Origin: Planctomycetota bacterium
GTDB lineage: Bacteria; Planctomycetota; Phycisphaerae; Sedimentisphaerales; Anaerohalosphaeraceae
NCBI GenBank assembly: GCA_023143375.1
Contig: JAGLHQ010000027.1
Span: forward strand, 1-45,048
Direction: 5' to 3'
Length of the DNA stretch: 45,048 nucleotides
Shown here: in pieces, positions 1 through 8,450 of the stretch
Layout: the number at the start of each line of letters is the position of its first letter
Numbering within the stretch: position 1 is the first letter of the stretch
Position numbers and translations under genes: made by a program
Notes under the pieces: generated by a model
Told to the model about the DNA's origin: nothing
The model's input: the letters and a program-made list of their open reading frames with translations, nothing else
Database searches by the model: none

Positions 1-2
1 TG

Positions 3-380
3 ATGATGCTGTTTGCTGCGGAGGACCCTCTGTGGTGTTTGTGTGCTATCGTTATCTTCGGGTTGCCGATACTCGATACTGCGGTTGCATTTGCAAGGAG
101 AGGGATAAATAAAAGACCTTTGTTCGTTTCGGATAGAGGACATGTGTATGACCAGATGATGGACCGAGGTAATTCGTTAAGGAAAACGGTAAAGATGTGT
201 TATGGAATATCTGCGGTGTACGCTGCTTGCGGGATAATAATGAGCCAACTTAGACCGATGTGGACGATAATATCATTTGCCGTCATTGTCATCGCTTCTG
301 CGATTATCGTCTGGAAAAAGGGATTCCTAAAAATGGAAGGCCTGCGCGGAGCGATACAAAACGACGCATCAAATCAATAA
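3..380 (+). CDS. C-terminal fragment of a polytopic MraY/WecA-family polyprenyl-phosphate HexNAc-1-phosphate transferase (5' end outside window)
   Basis: The frame is open to the window edge. Hydrophobic helices plus 'VSDRGHVYDQMMDRG' resemble the C-terminal D-R-x-H region of WecA/MraY-type transferases. It is convergent with the minus-strand cluster. Confidence 0.5.
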   Translation: MMLFAAEDPLWCLCAIVIFGLPILDTAVAFARRGINKRPLFVSDRGHVYDQMMDRGNSLRKTVKMCYGISAVYAACGIIMSQLRPMWTIISFAVIVIASAIIVWKKGFLKMEGLRGAIQNDASNQ

Positions 381-434
381 GCCTCCGGCTCTGTAAGGCT
401 AAGGAATCAATGGGATTGATATTGGCGCAAATGA

Positions 435-2291
435 CTACCGAATCATATTACCTGTAACAGGATTGGTTGAGAAGCCGGCTTTGACAAACTTTATAAGGTA
501 ATCTATTATTTCAAAGATAAACGGTACAGGATCCTTTAGACTAAAATCGTCGTGATGGCATTTTTCAAACTTCATTATCTTGATGGCATCTACAAATCTT
601 GCCCGTTTTACTAACTCAAAAAATGCCAGACAATCTCCTATCAACCATCTGCTTTTTGCTTTGCGATCAACCAGATGACTTCCAATGTCATTTAGTTTCC
701 CTACCGCTGATAAATACCAGTAGTATGGGAAATCAACACCTGCAACGACTGAGAGCGACAATGCCCCCCATAATCTTGGGTTTATCTCTATAAGTTTGAA
801 AACTCCGTCTTTATCAGCAACGAAATCCAGATGAGCTACTCCATGCCATTGCAGTCTATCCATTACTGCGATAGCGTGATCTATCAGTTCTTTATTTTCA
901 AAAACTTCCCTTAAAGTGGATGTTCCAAACCTGTTCGGCTCTTTACATCTGAGATACCTTTCTGCAAATGACACCTTGCACTGTCCGTGTTCATACAAAA
1001 GGCATACACCAACCGCTTCGCCGGGAAGGAATTCCTGAATGACGGGCCACCTTGACTCAGAAAGGTTGAAGGTTTGAACCAGGTCATCAAATTTCTCAAG
1101 AAAGTCCTTTTTATTATCAGCTAGTCTGACGCCCTTGGCACTATTACCTGTTCTGGTTTTGATCACAACCGGGAAATCTTCGACTTGCAGCGATTTTAAT
1201 TCTGCATCAGAGCTGACTTCAAGTGTATTTGGATAAGGACATCCGGACTCTTCAGCTATTTTCAGAAATTTATATTTATCTTCTGCAAGATCGTAGGTTT
1301 CACTATTGGGAACTGCCACACATACATCATCCGGCAAAAGATGTCGATTGTGTGTGAATATCCCCACATCTTCGTGGCACGGCAAAAGGACTTTGGCACC
1401 AGTTTCGCGTAGAGCCTGGCAAACCGATTCGAGATATTTATCCGGCTCAAGAAAGAAATCTGGTAATTTAGTAAATGACTTACAATAACGTGAATAACGA
1501 CTCATCGCAAACGTAGACGCATCGCCAACATGAACATCAATACCTCTTTTGCCTAAAGATTGCACCGCAGCATATGAGCTTCTGCACCACCCGTAAGTTA
1601 TAAAGACTGATGATCGCTGTAAATCTGTAATTGTTAATTCCAGCGGATCATTTTCAACTTTTTCATATAAGGTGTCTTTGCAGATATCGGAATCTACTAC
1701 ATAAATATTGCTTGATACTCCGTGATTATCGATCTGCTTTACAAATTCAAACCCATACTTTACATAAAATTTATTAGCCGGTATGTTTTCGGAACCGACT
1801 AATACCTTAACCTTTTCAATTTTTCTTTCTAGGCACTCCTGAACACCTCGATATACAAGATTCGTTGCCAGTCCGCTGGAACGCATATCCGGGTCGATCG
1901 ATATTGAAAGAAGTTCAGCCGAGGGCAAATCCAATTTCTTGATTCGTTTGGGATAGAAAAGAGTCTCAGAGACTTTTCTAATAGTATCTAACGAAAACAT
2001 CTTACGAGCTAAAACGAATGATAGTTTCAAACCACGTTTGCGAATCACTGATTTGTAAAGAGCGCCGACATTTGTCGTAAAAGCGACATACCCAACAACT
2101 CTACTTTCCTTTACAGCAACAAAACCGAATCCTGACTCGGTAGTGGCTATGGCCTCATATAGAGCAGTTACAAAGCCCAAACCTAAAGAACTTATAAATC
2201 CTGTATGTATGCCCGAAATATGCAATTTTGCAACATCTTCGGCATGAGAAGGTAATAGTTTTGTGATTTTCATGTCGTCAGTCATTTCCAT
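435..2291 (-). CDS. GNAT N-acyltransferase / ATP-grasp ligase fusion protein
   Basis: 618 aa with an ATG start. The N-terminal ~200 aa are GNAT-like ('LLSISIDPDMRSSGLATNLV', 'ANKFYVKYGFEF'). The C-terminal ~400 aa are ATP-grasp (COG3919-like): 'FPVVIKTRTGNSAKGV', 'VIQEFLPGE', 'LIEINPRLWG'. Confidence 0.75.
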   Translation of the reverse strand: MEMTDDMKITKLLPSHAEDVAKLHISGIHTGFISSLGLGFVTALYEAIATTESGFGFVAVKESRVVGYVAFTTNVGALYKSVIRKRGLKLSFVLARKMFSLDTIRKVSETLFYPKRIKKLDLPSAELLSISIDPDMRSSGLATNLVYRGVQECLERKIEKVKVLVGSENIPANKFYVKYGFEFVKQIDNHGVSSNIYVVDSDICKDTLYEKVENDPLELTITDLQRSSVFITYGWCRSSYAAVQSLGKRGIDVHVGDASTFAMSRYSRYCKSFTKLPDFFLEPDKYLESVCQALRETGAKVLLPCHEDVGIFTHNRHLLPDDVCVAVPNSETYDLAEDKYKFLKIAEESGCPYPNTLEVSSDAELKSLQVEDFPVVIKTRTGNSAKGVRLADNKKDFLEKFDDLVQTFNLSESRWPVIQEFLPGEAVGVCLLYEHGQCKVSFAERYLRCKEPNRFGTSTLREVFENKELIDHAIAVMDRLQWHGVAHLDFVADKDGVFKLIEINPRLWGALSLSVVAGVDFPYYWYLSAVGKLNDIGSHLVDRKAKSRWLIGDCLAFFELVKRARFVDAIKIMKFEKCHHDDFSLKDPVPFIFEIIDYLIKFVKAGFSTNPVTGNMIR

Positions 2292-2302
2292 TCAGCTTGT
2301 AG

Positions 2303-3535
2303 TTATTTGCCTACAATGAAACAAACGTTAGTAGTTGCTGTCCCACCGATATTCAATGTTGCAACCTTACTTGCTCCTTCGACCTGATAGTCACCAGCAG
2401 TTCCAGTTACCTGCTTATAAGCATCAAGCAATTGTCTTGCACCTGTTGCTCCGACAGGGTGGCCGCATCCTATAAGACCGCCTGATGGATTGATCGGTAA
2501 TTTCCCGTCCATTGTTATCGTGCCGTCTTCGATAGCTTTCCATGATTGGCCCGGCTTGGTCAGGCCGAAGTGATCTATCGCCATGTACTCACTCGTTGTA
2601 AAGCAGTCATGAGTCTCTATCGCGTCAAGCTGCCAGCAGTCCTTAATCCCTGCACGACTGTAAGCATCCGTAATTGCCTTTCGTGTTACCGGCAAAACGT
2701 ATTGGCTCTCGGCAGAATCTGCAACCTTAGAAGCAAACTCTATCTTAGCGGTGGTATGCCCCCAGCCGAGTATGCCTGGAATATCAGAAAGACTGATACC
2801 TTTTTGTTTGGCATACTTTTTAGCGTATTTCTCCGATGCCAAATACATACACACTGCGCCATCGGTAACCTGGGAACAATCTGCTATCTTTATCTTGCCT
2901 TCAATACACGTATTATATTTACCTTCATTCAAGGCATGATCGAAATTCATAAACCATTCGCGAGTCTGTGCGTTCGGATTATTCCTGGCATTGGCATAAT
3001 TTATTGCTGAGATATGTGCGAGATGTTCATCCTTAAGACCATACCTTTTATCGTACTCATCGCCAAGCTTCCCAAAAAGCTTAGGAAATGGAAACTCTAT
3101 CCCATCGGCTTCTTTTTCAAAAAATGCGGCTGCCCCTAAAAACTCACCGCCTTTTGCAGGATCAACAGTCTTCATCTGCTCTACGCCTACAAGACAGACC
3201 AGATCATACATGCCTGCCTTTATATATGCCATCGCCGCCATGGCAGCTACGGCACTGGATGCACAGGCTGCCTCAAAACGAGTTGTAGGGATACCGGCAA
3301 AACTCGGATCAAAATCTATAAAGAATGCTCCAAGGTGACCTTGCTTACAATACAACTCACCAGCGAAGTTACCGATCAAAGCCGTATCAATATCACTTGG
3401 TTTAATGTCCGTAGCTTCTAAGCTTCCCTGATAAGCCTCACGCATCATCGCTGCGATGTGCTTATTTTCCCTGCTCCAGTTACGAGCAAAGTCTGTTTGG
3501 TATCCGCCTAAAATATAAACTTTTTCATCTTTCAT
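2303..3535 (-). CDS. SCP2-type thiolase (acetyl-CoA C-acyl/acetyltransferase family)
   Basis: 410 aa. The nucleophile Cys lies in 'FEAACASSAVA'. An 'ETHDCFT' (HDCF) loop is characteristic of SCP2-type thiolases. 'CGHPVGATGARQ' is the His motif. Confidence 0.8.
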   Translation of the reverse strand: MKDEKVYILGGYQTDFARNWSRENKHIAAMMREAYQGSLEATDIKPSDIDTALIGNFAGELYCKQGHLGAFFIDFDPSFAGIPTTRFEAACASSAVAAMAAMAYIKAGMYDLVCLVGVEQMKTVDPAKGGEFLGAAAFFEKEADGIEFPFPKLFGKLGDEYDKRYGLKDEHLAHISAINYANARNNPNAQTREWFMNFDHALNEGKYNTCIEGKIKIADCSQVTDGAVCMYLASEKYAKKYAKQKGISLSDIPGILGWGHTTAKIEFASKVADSAESQYVLPVTRKAITDAYSRAGIKDCWQLDAIETHDCFTTSEYMAIDHFGLTKPGQSWKAIEDGTITMDGKLPINPSGGLIGCGHPVGATGARQLLDAYKQVTGTAGDYQVEGASKVATLNIGGTATTNVCFIVGK

Positions 3536-3555
3536 TGAAAACTCCGGTTATTGAA

Positions 3556-4842
3556 CTAACGGGCCAGAAAATGCTTCCCATAGCCAGTTGCCATTTTTTC
3601 ATTCGAAATATCCATCAGCCCCGCTGGAATCTGGAAACCATTTTTATCAAGCAGTTGCATCGCGCAATCCCTACCACCTAACATTTCAACAATATGACTT
3701 GGAGATGCCCAGTTGAATCCATACGACATCACCTTGTCTATACCCTCGATGCCGTCTTCGAGTTCGGCGACCTCTCCGATGCGCCCATAAGAATATGCTA
3801 TATAAACACAAAGTATGTCCTTAACGATCTCCGCTTCTTTCGAGTGGGCCGTGAGTATCGTCTCGAATGCTTCTCTGTACATACCCATATGGATCTGATA
3901 TTTTGCTTTTTCAACAAATGCAACATGAGGAGATATGGCCGGGATATAGTCGCATGTCTCCGGGTCGAGATATACAAACTTGCCGCTTGGCAGTTTTTTA
4001 TAGAACCCGCCGTTGTCACGCGTCTTGTTACCAAGCATATTTTTGTCGATCATACTATTGATATAATCGGGAAGCACGAGCGAATGGTGCATCTCGTCAT
4101 TAGTATTTTCGTTTAGACTATCTATGATCGCCCTATGAATATCAAGACCAACAAGATCAAGCGTTGCAAGCGGAGGCATCAACCTGCCGGTATAGGGACC
4201 GATAAGGTAATCCATCATTTCAACACCATACTCGGCAGCAAGAGATGTAATTCTGTTAAACAGCAAAAAAGCTATCCTGTTACCGGCAAAACCTGCTACT
4301 GCCTTCGTTGGAATAACTACACGCCTGAGCTTCTTTTCAAGAAAAGTTTTGACGAAATTATAAACACTCTTATCGGTATCGCATGTCGAAGCGATCTCGC
4401 AGGCAAGCATTTTGCCGGGGGGATTATAAAAATGTGTTGACATGAAACGCTTTTTAAAACTTTCGCTTCTGCCGACCGGCAGCGAATCAAGCGGCAGCGA
4501 GGATGTCGTAGTTCCGATTATTGCATCGTCACGCCTGTGGGCGTCTATCATCTCATAGACCTGCTGCTTTATCTGAATATCCTCGGCAACACTTTCAATA
4601 ATAAGATCGGCTTTGCCAAGGGCTTCTGCGAGCATGGTGTCATAGTCGCCGCAAGTAATATTGTTTGCGATGACTTCGGAACGAGCCTGCTTAACAGCGC
4701 GATTTAAACCTCTCTCGGCGCTAGCCTTTGTCCTGCTGAGAAAATATACATCCAAACCCTGCTGGGCACACAGACCGCCGGTCAAACTTCCGACTGTCCC
4801 GCCGGAACCCAGAACCGCTACTGTTTTAATTCTTTCTGCCAT
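3556..4842 (-). CDS. NAD-dependent 3-hydroxyacyl-CoA dehydrogenase (long form)
   Basis: 428 aa. Rossmann motif 'VAVLGSGGTVGS'. HADH core 'IIESVAEDIQIK', 'TTSSL', 'THFYNPP...ACEI', 'GFAGNRI'. Confidence 0.8.
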   Translation of the reverse strand: MAERIKTVAVLGSGGTVGSLTGGLCAQQGLDVYFLSRTKASAERGLNRAVKQARSEVIANNITCGDYDTMLAEALGKADLIIESVAEDIQIKQQVYEMIDAHRRDDAIIGTTTSSLPLDSLPVGRSESFKKRFMSTHFYNPPGKMLACEIASTCDTDKSVYNFVKTFLEKKLRRVVIPTKAVAGFAGNRIAFLLFNRITSLAAEYGVEMMDYLIGPYTGRLMPPLATLDLVGLDIHRAIIDSLNENTNDEMHHSLVLPDYINSMIDKNMLGNKTRDNGGFYKKLPSGKFVYLDPETCDYIPAISPHVAFVEKAKYQIHMGMYREAFETILTAHSKEAEIVKDILCVYIAYSYGRIGEVAELEDGIEGIDKVMSYGFNWASPSHIVEMLGGRDCAMQLLDKNGFQIPAGLMDISNEKMATGYGKHFLAR

Positions 4843-4845
4843 ATA

Positions 4846-5406
4846 CTATTGCCCTTTCGCAACTACCTTATACGATTTGTGACAAGATATAAACTCACTT
4901 TTAAGAACACCGATCCTGTGAAGGTCTATCATCTTACCATTAATACATTTATCTTCTCTCAGTGTTCCTTCTATCTTAAACCCAAGTTTTTCTACGATCT
5001 TAATGATTGCAGTATTATTTGTATAAATCACTGCCCATATTTTATTTAGCCCCAGTTCTTCGAACGAATATTTAAGCAGCAATGAGTGAACAACCGAGCC
5101 TATCCCTTTACCCCAAAAGTCTTTTTCGCCAATAACACAAATACATTCGGCATTGCGATGCTTTTGGCTGATGCTAAGCAGGCCTATAATACCTATCGGT
5201 TCCCCTTCTGTGGTCTCAATTACAAAATCCCTTCTTGAGCTATCATCCTTTGCCTTTTCAAACCATTTAAGACTCTTTTCAAGTTCCAATGGCTCGTCGA
5301 TGATCAACGTTTTATTAACGACAGGGTCGTTATACCACTTGACCTTAAGCGGCATGTCAGCCTTTTCCATGGCCCTCAATCGGATGCCGTCGCCTTCAAT
5401 AATCAT
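4846..5406 (-). CDS. GNAT family N-acyltransferase (RimJ/RimL-like)
   Basis: 186 aa. 'IRLRAMEKADMP...WYNDP' N-terminus and a 'FWGKGIGS' acyl-CoA pyrophosphate-binding loop. It starts 3 nt after the dehydrogenase stop. Confidence 0.7.
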   Translation of the reverse strand: MIIEGDGIRLRAMEKADMPLKVKWYNDPVVNKTLIIDEPLELEKSLKWFEKAKDDSSRRDFVIETTEGEPIGIIGLLSISQKHRNAECICVIGEKDFWGKGIGSVVHSLLLKYSFEELGLNKIWAVIYTNNTAIIKIVEKLGFKIEGTLREDKCINGKMIDLHRIGVLKSEFISCHKSYKVVAKGQ

Positions 5407-5418
5407 TAAACAATTCCT

Positions 5419-6663
5419 TTAACCTTCAAAAAGATAGTCCTTGAAAACATCCTCTGCCTTTTGCCGGTTCCTTATCAGTTTATAATCGCTGCCGTCTGCA
5501 ACTACTATTGCAGGAGCAACATTAATAAACGGCGGAGTGAAAACATTCGTATAAGCACCGACATTGTCAAACTGAATATAATCGTCTCTCTCAAGTTTTT
5601 TATTCGTCACCTCGGTCAGCATAACATCTTTTTCCATACAAGTCGAACCTACGACATTGTAGACTGCTGTTTGGTCGGTGTCGGCCTGCTTTATGATATA
5701 GTGCGGCATGTTATAACTATGAAAAGTCGGCTTGGTGTTAAAGGCACTGCCGTCAACTGTCACAAACGTTTTACCTCTTACGGCTTTTACGCTTATGACC
5801 TTGGTAATAAAGCTAAGGGCGTTAGATGCCATCGATATACCCGGCTCAAGCACGAGGAAGGGTTTTTGTTTGACGGCCCACTGATCGTTATTTAGCACCT
5901 TAGCAACATCTGCTGCGTAGTCGTCAAAGGATGGCGTCTCGGCAAACCTAAACTCCGGCGGGATGTAACCATATATGCCGCCGCCAATATTTATGTAACG
6001 AATAGTATCAGGCCAATGCTTAACAGCAATATCGCAAAGCGTCTGGGCAATCGTTTTATAACACCATGTGCTGCGATCTATCGAAGTGGTATGGCCGTGC
6101 AGACTGATAACCTTTACGTTATCAGGCAGCGACTCAAGTAATCTCACCATCTGCGATTCTTCAGTTGAAAAACCAAACCGCCCTATCTTAATATCGCCAT
6201 GAACACGAGAAGCACCGCTATCATCGGATAAATTCATATTGACTCTTATGCCAACCTCAATAGACTTGTCAGGATTAGCAGCGGCATACTTGCTAACATG
6301 ATCGATCTCAGGAAAACAGTCAAGATTAACGATGCTCTGGTTATCGAGAGCAAGCTCAATATCCTCGTAATGTTTCATCGGACCATTGAAAATGATATTT
6401 TTCGGGTCGAATCCTATCTTTAACGCCAGATCATACTCCATCCGCGAAACAACCTCAGCAAAGCCGCCCTTCTTCCGGATAATATTGCACATGTACGGAA
6501 TATAGTTGGTCTTAAAAGAATAACCGATAACAAACTTTTCATATCTCGAACCAAAAGCCTTTGTAATATTATCAAAATTATTAACAAACTCTTTTTCGTT
6601 AAATATATAGAATGGCGAACCTGCAACCACTTCTATTTTTTTAATTTCATCATACGTCTTCAT
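5419..6663 (-). CDS. Fold-type III PLP-dependent decarboxylase (Orn/DAP/Arg decarboxylase family)
   Basis: PLP-Lys context 'GYSFKTNY'. 'SLHGHTTS', 'NIGGGIYG', 'LEPGISM', catalytic Cys 'GSTCMEKD' and 'NVGAYT' are all present. The track start at 6666 is TTG; the ATG at 6663 overlaps the upstream stop as TGATG. Confidence 0.8.
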   Translation of the reverse strand: MKTYDEIKKIEVVAGSPFYIFNEKEFVNNFDNITKAFGSRYEKFVIGYSFKTNYIPYMCNIIRKKGGFAEVVSRMEYDLALKIGFDPKNIIFNGPMKHYEDIELALDNQSIVNLDCFPEIDHVSKYAAANPDKSIEVGIRVNMNLSDDSGASRVHGDIKIGRFGFSTEESQMVRLLESLPDNVKVISLHGHTTSIDRSTWCYKTIAQTLCDIAVKHWPDTIRYINIGGGIYGYIPPEFRFAETPSFDDYAADVAKVLNNDQWAVKQKPFLVLEPGISMASNALSFITKVISVKAVRGKTFVTVDGSAFNTKPTFHSYNMPHYIIKQADTDQTAVYNVVGSTCMEKDVMLTEVTNKKLERDDYIQFDNVGAYTNVFTPPFINVAPAIVVADGSDYKLIRNRQKAEDVFKDYLFEG

Positions 6664-7316
6664 CAAGTACCTTTGGTAATATCTTTATTGGAAGATTCTT
6701 TTTGCTCGGTTCCCCAGAATTGCTCAATAGTAGCTGAGCCTTCCTCGGTAATACCATGTCTTTTGAAAACTAATGCAACTGTCTTGAAAAGTATTTTAAT
6801 ATCTATCCACACATTCCAGTTGTCAACGTACCACACATCCAGCTTAAACCTGTCTTCCCATGAGATAGCATTCCTGCCATTAACCTGTGCCCATCCGGTT
6901 ATGCCGGGCCTGGCCTCATGCCTGCGAAGCTGCTCTGGGGTATAACGCGGCAAATACTTCATCATCAATGGACGCGGACCAACAAGGCTCATGTCACCCT
7001 TTAACACACATAAAAGCTCCGGCAGTTCGTCAAGGCTTGTGCTTCGCAACAATTTACCAAAAGGCGGTAACCGTTTTTCGTCATGCAATAGGTTCCCCTG
7101 CTCATCACGCTGATCGGTCATTGTGCGAAACTTGTACATAAAGAAGGGCTCGCTGTTTAAACCAGGACGCTCTTGCTTAAAAAGTACCGGGCTGCCAAGC
7201 TTTAAACGGACTATTAGTGCTGTAATTAGCAACACCGGCGAAAGCAATAACAGACCTACAAGTGAAGCTGCAATATCAATGAATCTTTTTAATATATGTT
7301 TCATTTGAAACTTCAT
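6663..7316 (-). CDS. Monotopic phosphoglycosyl transferase (bacterial sugar transferase, PglC / WbaP C-terminal type)
   Basis: One N-terminal hydrophobic helix, 'YKFRTM', 'SLDELPELLCVLKGDMSLVGPRP'. The track start (7322) is TTG-GTG; the first ATG is at 7316. Confidence 0.85.
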   Translation of the reverse strand: MKFQMKHILKRFIDIAASLVGLLLLSPVLLITALIVRLKLGSPVLFKQERPGLNSEPFFMYKFRTMTDQRDEQGNLLHDEKRLPPFGKLLRSTSLDELPELLCVLKGDMSLVGPRPLMMKYLPRYTPEQLRRHEARPGITGWAQVNGRNAISWEDRFKLDVWYVDNWNVWIDIKILFKTVALVFKRHGITEEGSATIEQFWGTEQKESSNKDITKGT

Positions 7317-7322
7317 CACCAA

Positions 7323-8378
7323 TCAATGTTCAGGAATAGGCCAAATATTCAGTTTCTTACCCTGCCTAAGATCGGACGCTGCGATACTGCTTGAGTCCGG
7401 CGAAAAAACTATGGGCCCGGGCAAATTTGGCGATGGACGTTGAGAATGAATTTCTATTTTATTTTTATGATCGAAAACATACATTTCAAAACCATATATA
7501 TAAGCGATCATCGAATCGTCGGGGCTGATCGCAATATTTTGAATAGAAATGGTATCATGGGCAGCCGATGCTTCTTTTTTAAATTTAAACTGATCTATGA
7601 CCCTGCCGTCTGAGGTCTGAATATAATATACCGATCCATCGCTGCCCCCAGCATAAATGGTCTTACCGTCAAAAGAGAAAACAACAGCACCGAATCCATC
7701 TGGACTGGCATAAGTTTTGTCCCACGTCACACGTCCCCGCGTAATATCAACCAGCACCAGCCGAGCCTTATGATCCTGCTCACCGGCGGCTGTGACAAAC
7801 CCGCCGTCATCTGAAACCGCAAAATCCGTCAACTGTATCAAAGAGTTGTCATCACTTACTTGAGTTATCCTTGATGAACGTTTTCTTTCAAGATCAATGT
7901 TATAAAATTTATAATCAGTTAAGTCTTTAGAATCTGACGAAACAGCTAATACCGCAACAAGAGCGTTTCGATCACGGCTGCTGATTATCGTACCTAAGTC
8001 GGTATCAGAGCTAAGCCGAATCTCTTTTTCGATCTTTTCACCCTGCACGCTCGATACAACAACAGCTGAGGAGCGACCTTGCTTTATTGAAACAACAGAA
8101 TCGGCATCAAGCAGCAACGCCTGACCAAAAGCCGACGTTCCGTTTATAGCCTTTTGATCTAAGCTATTCCAATCCCAGAGAAATGTTTTACCATCGGATG
8201 CAACCGCCAACAATCTATTATCATACGTTGACAGAGACCGTATACCTTCATTGCGAGGCATCTCAAGGACCACTTCAACATCCTTGCTTTGATTAGCAAT
8301 AAGCATCACAACAATGATCACAATAAAACCGCCGACAAACAGCAACGCCGGCTTTTTGTTTTGCTTTGTTTTAGACAT
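7323..8378 (-). CDS. Membrane-anchored WD40-like beta-propeller repeat protein
   Basis: N-terminal signal anchor 'ALLFVGGFIVIIVVMLIA'. Blade-like repeats recur ('FSFDGKTIYAGGSDGSVYY', 'ISPDDSMIAY', 'FSPDSSSIAASD'). Its stop abuts the transferase start region. Confidence 0.55.
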   Translation of the reverse strand: MSKTKQNKKPALLFVGGFIVIIVVMLIANQSKDVEVVLEMPRNEGIRSLSTYDNRLLAVASDGKTFLWDWNSLDQKAINGTSAFGQALLLDADSVVSIKQGRSSAVVVSSVQGEKIEKEIRLSSDTDLGTIISSRDRNALVAVLAVSSDSKDLTDYKFYNIDLERKRSSRITQVSDDNSLIQLTDFAVSDDGGFVTAAGEQDHKARLVLVDITRGRVTWDKTYASPDGFGAVVFSFDGKTIYAGGSDGSVYYIQTSDGRVIDQFKFKKEASAAHDTISIQNIAISPDDSMIAYIYGFEMYVFDHKNKIEIHSQRPSPNLPGPIVFSPDSSSIAASDLRQGKKLNIWPIPEH

Positions 8379-8450
8379 GACATCTCTCCTGCCATAACGA
8401 GGTAGTGTGTCTTTTAAAATGTCCCAATGGAACTGCTGTAAACGCCATAG

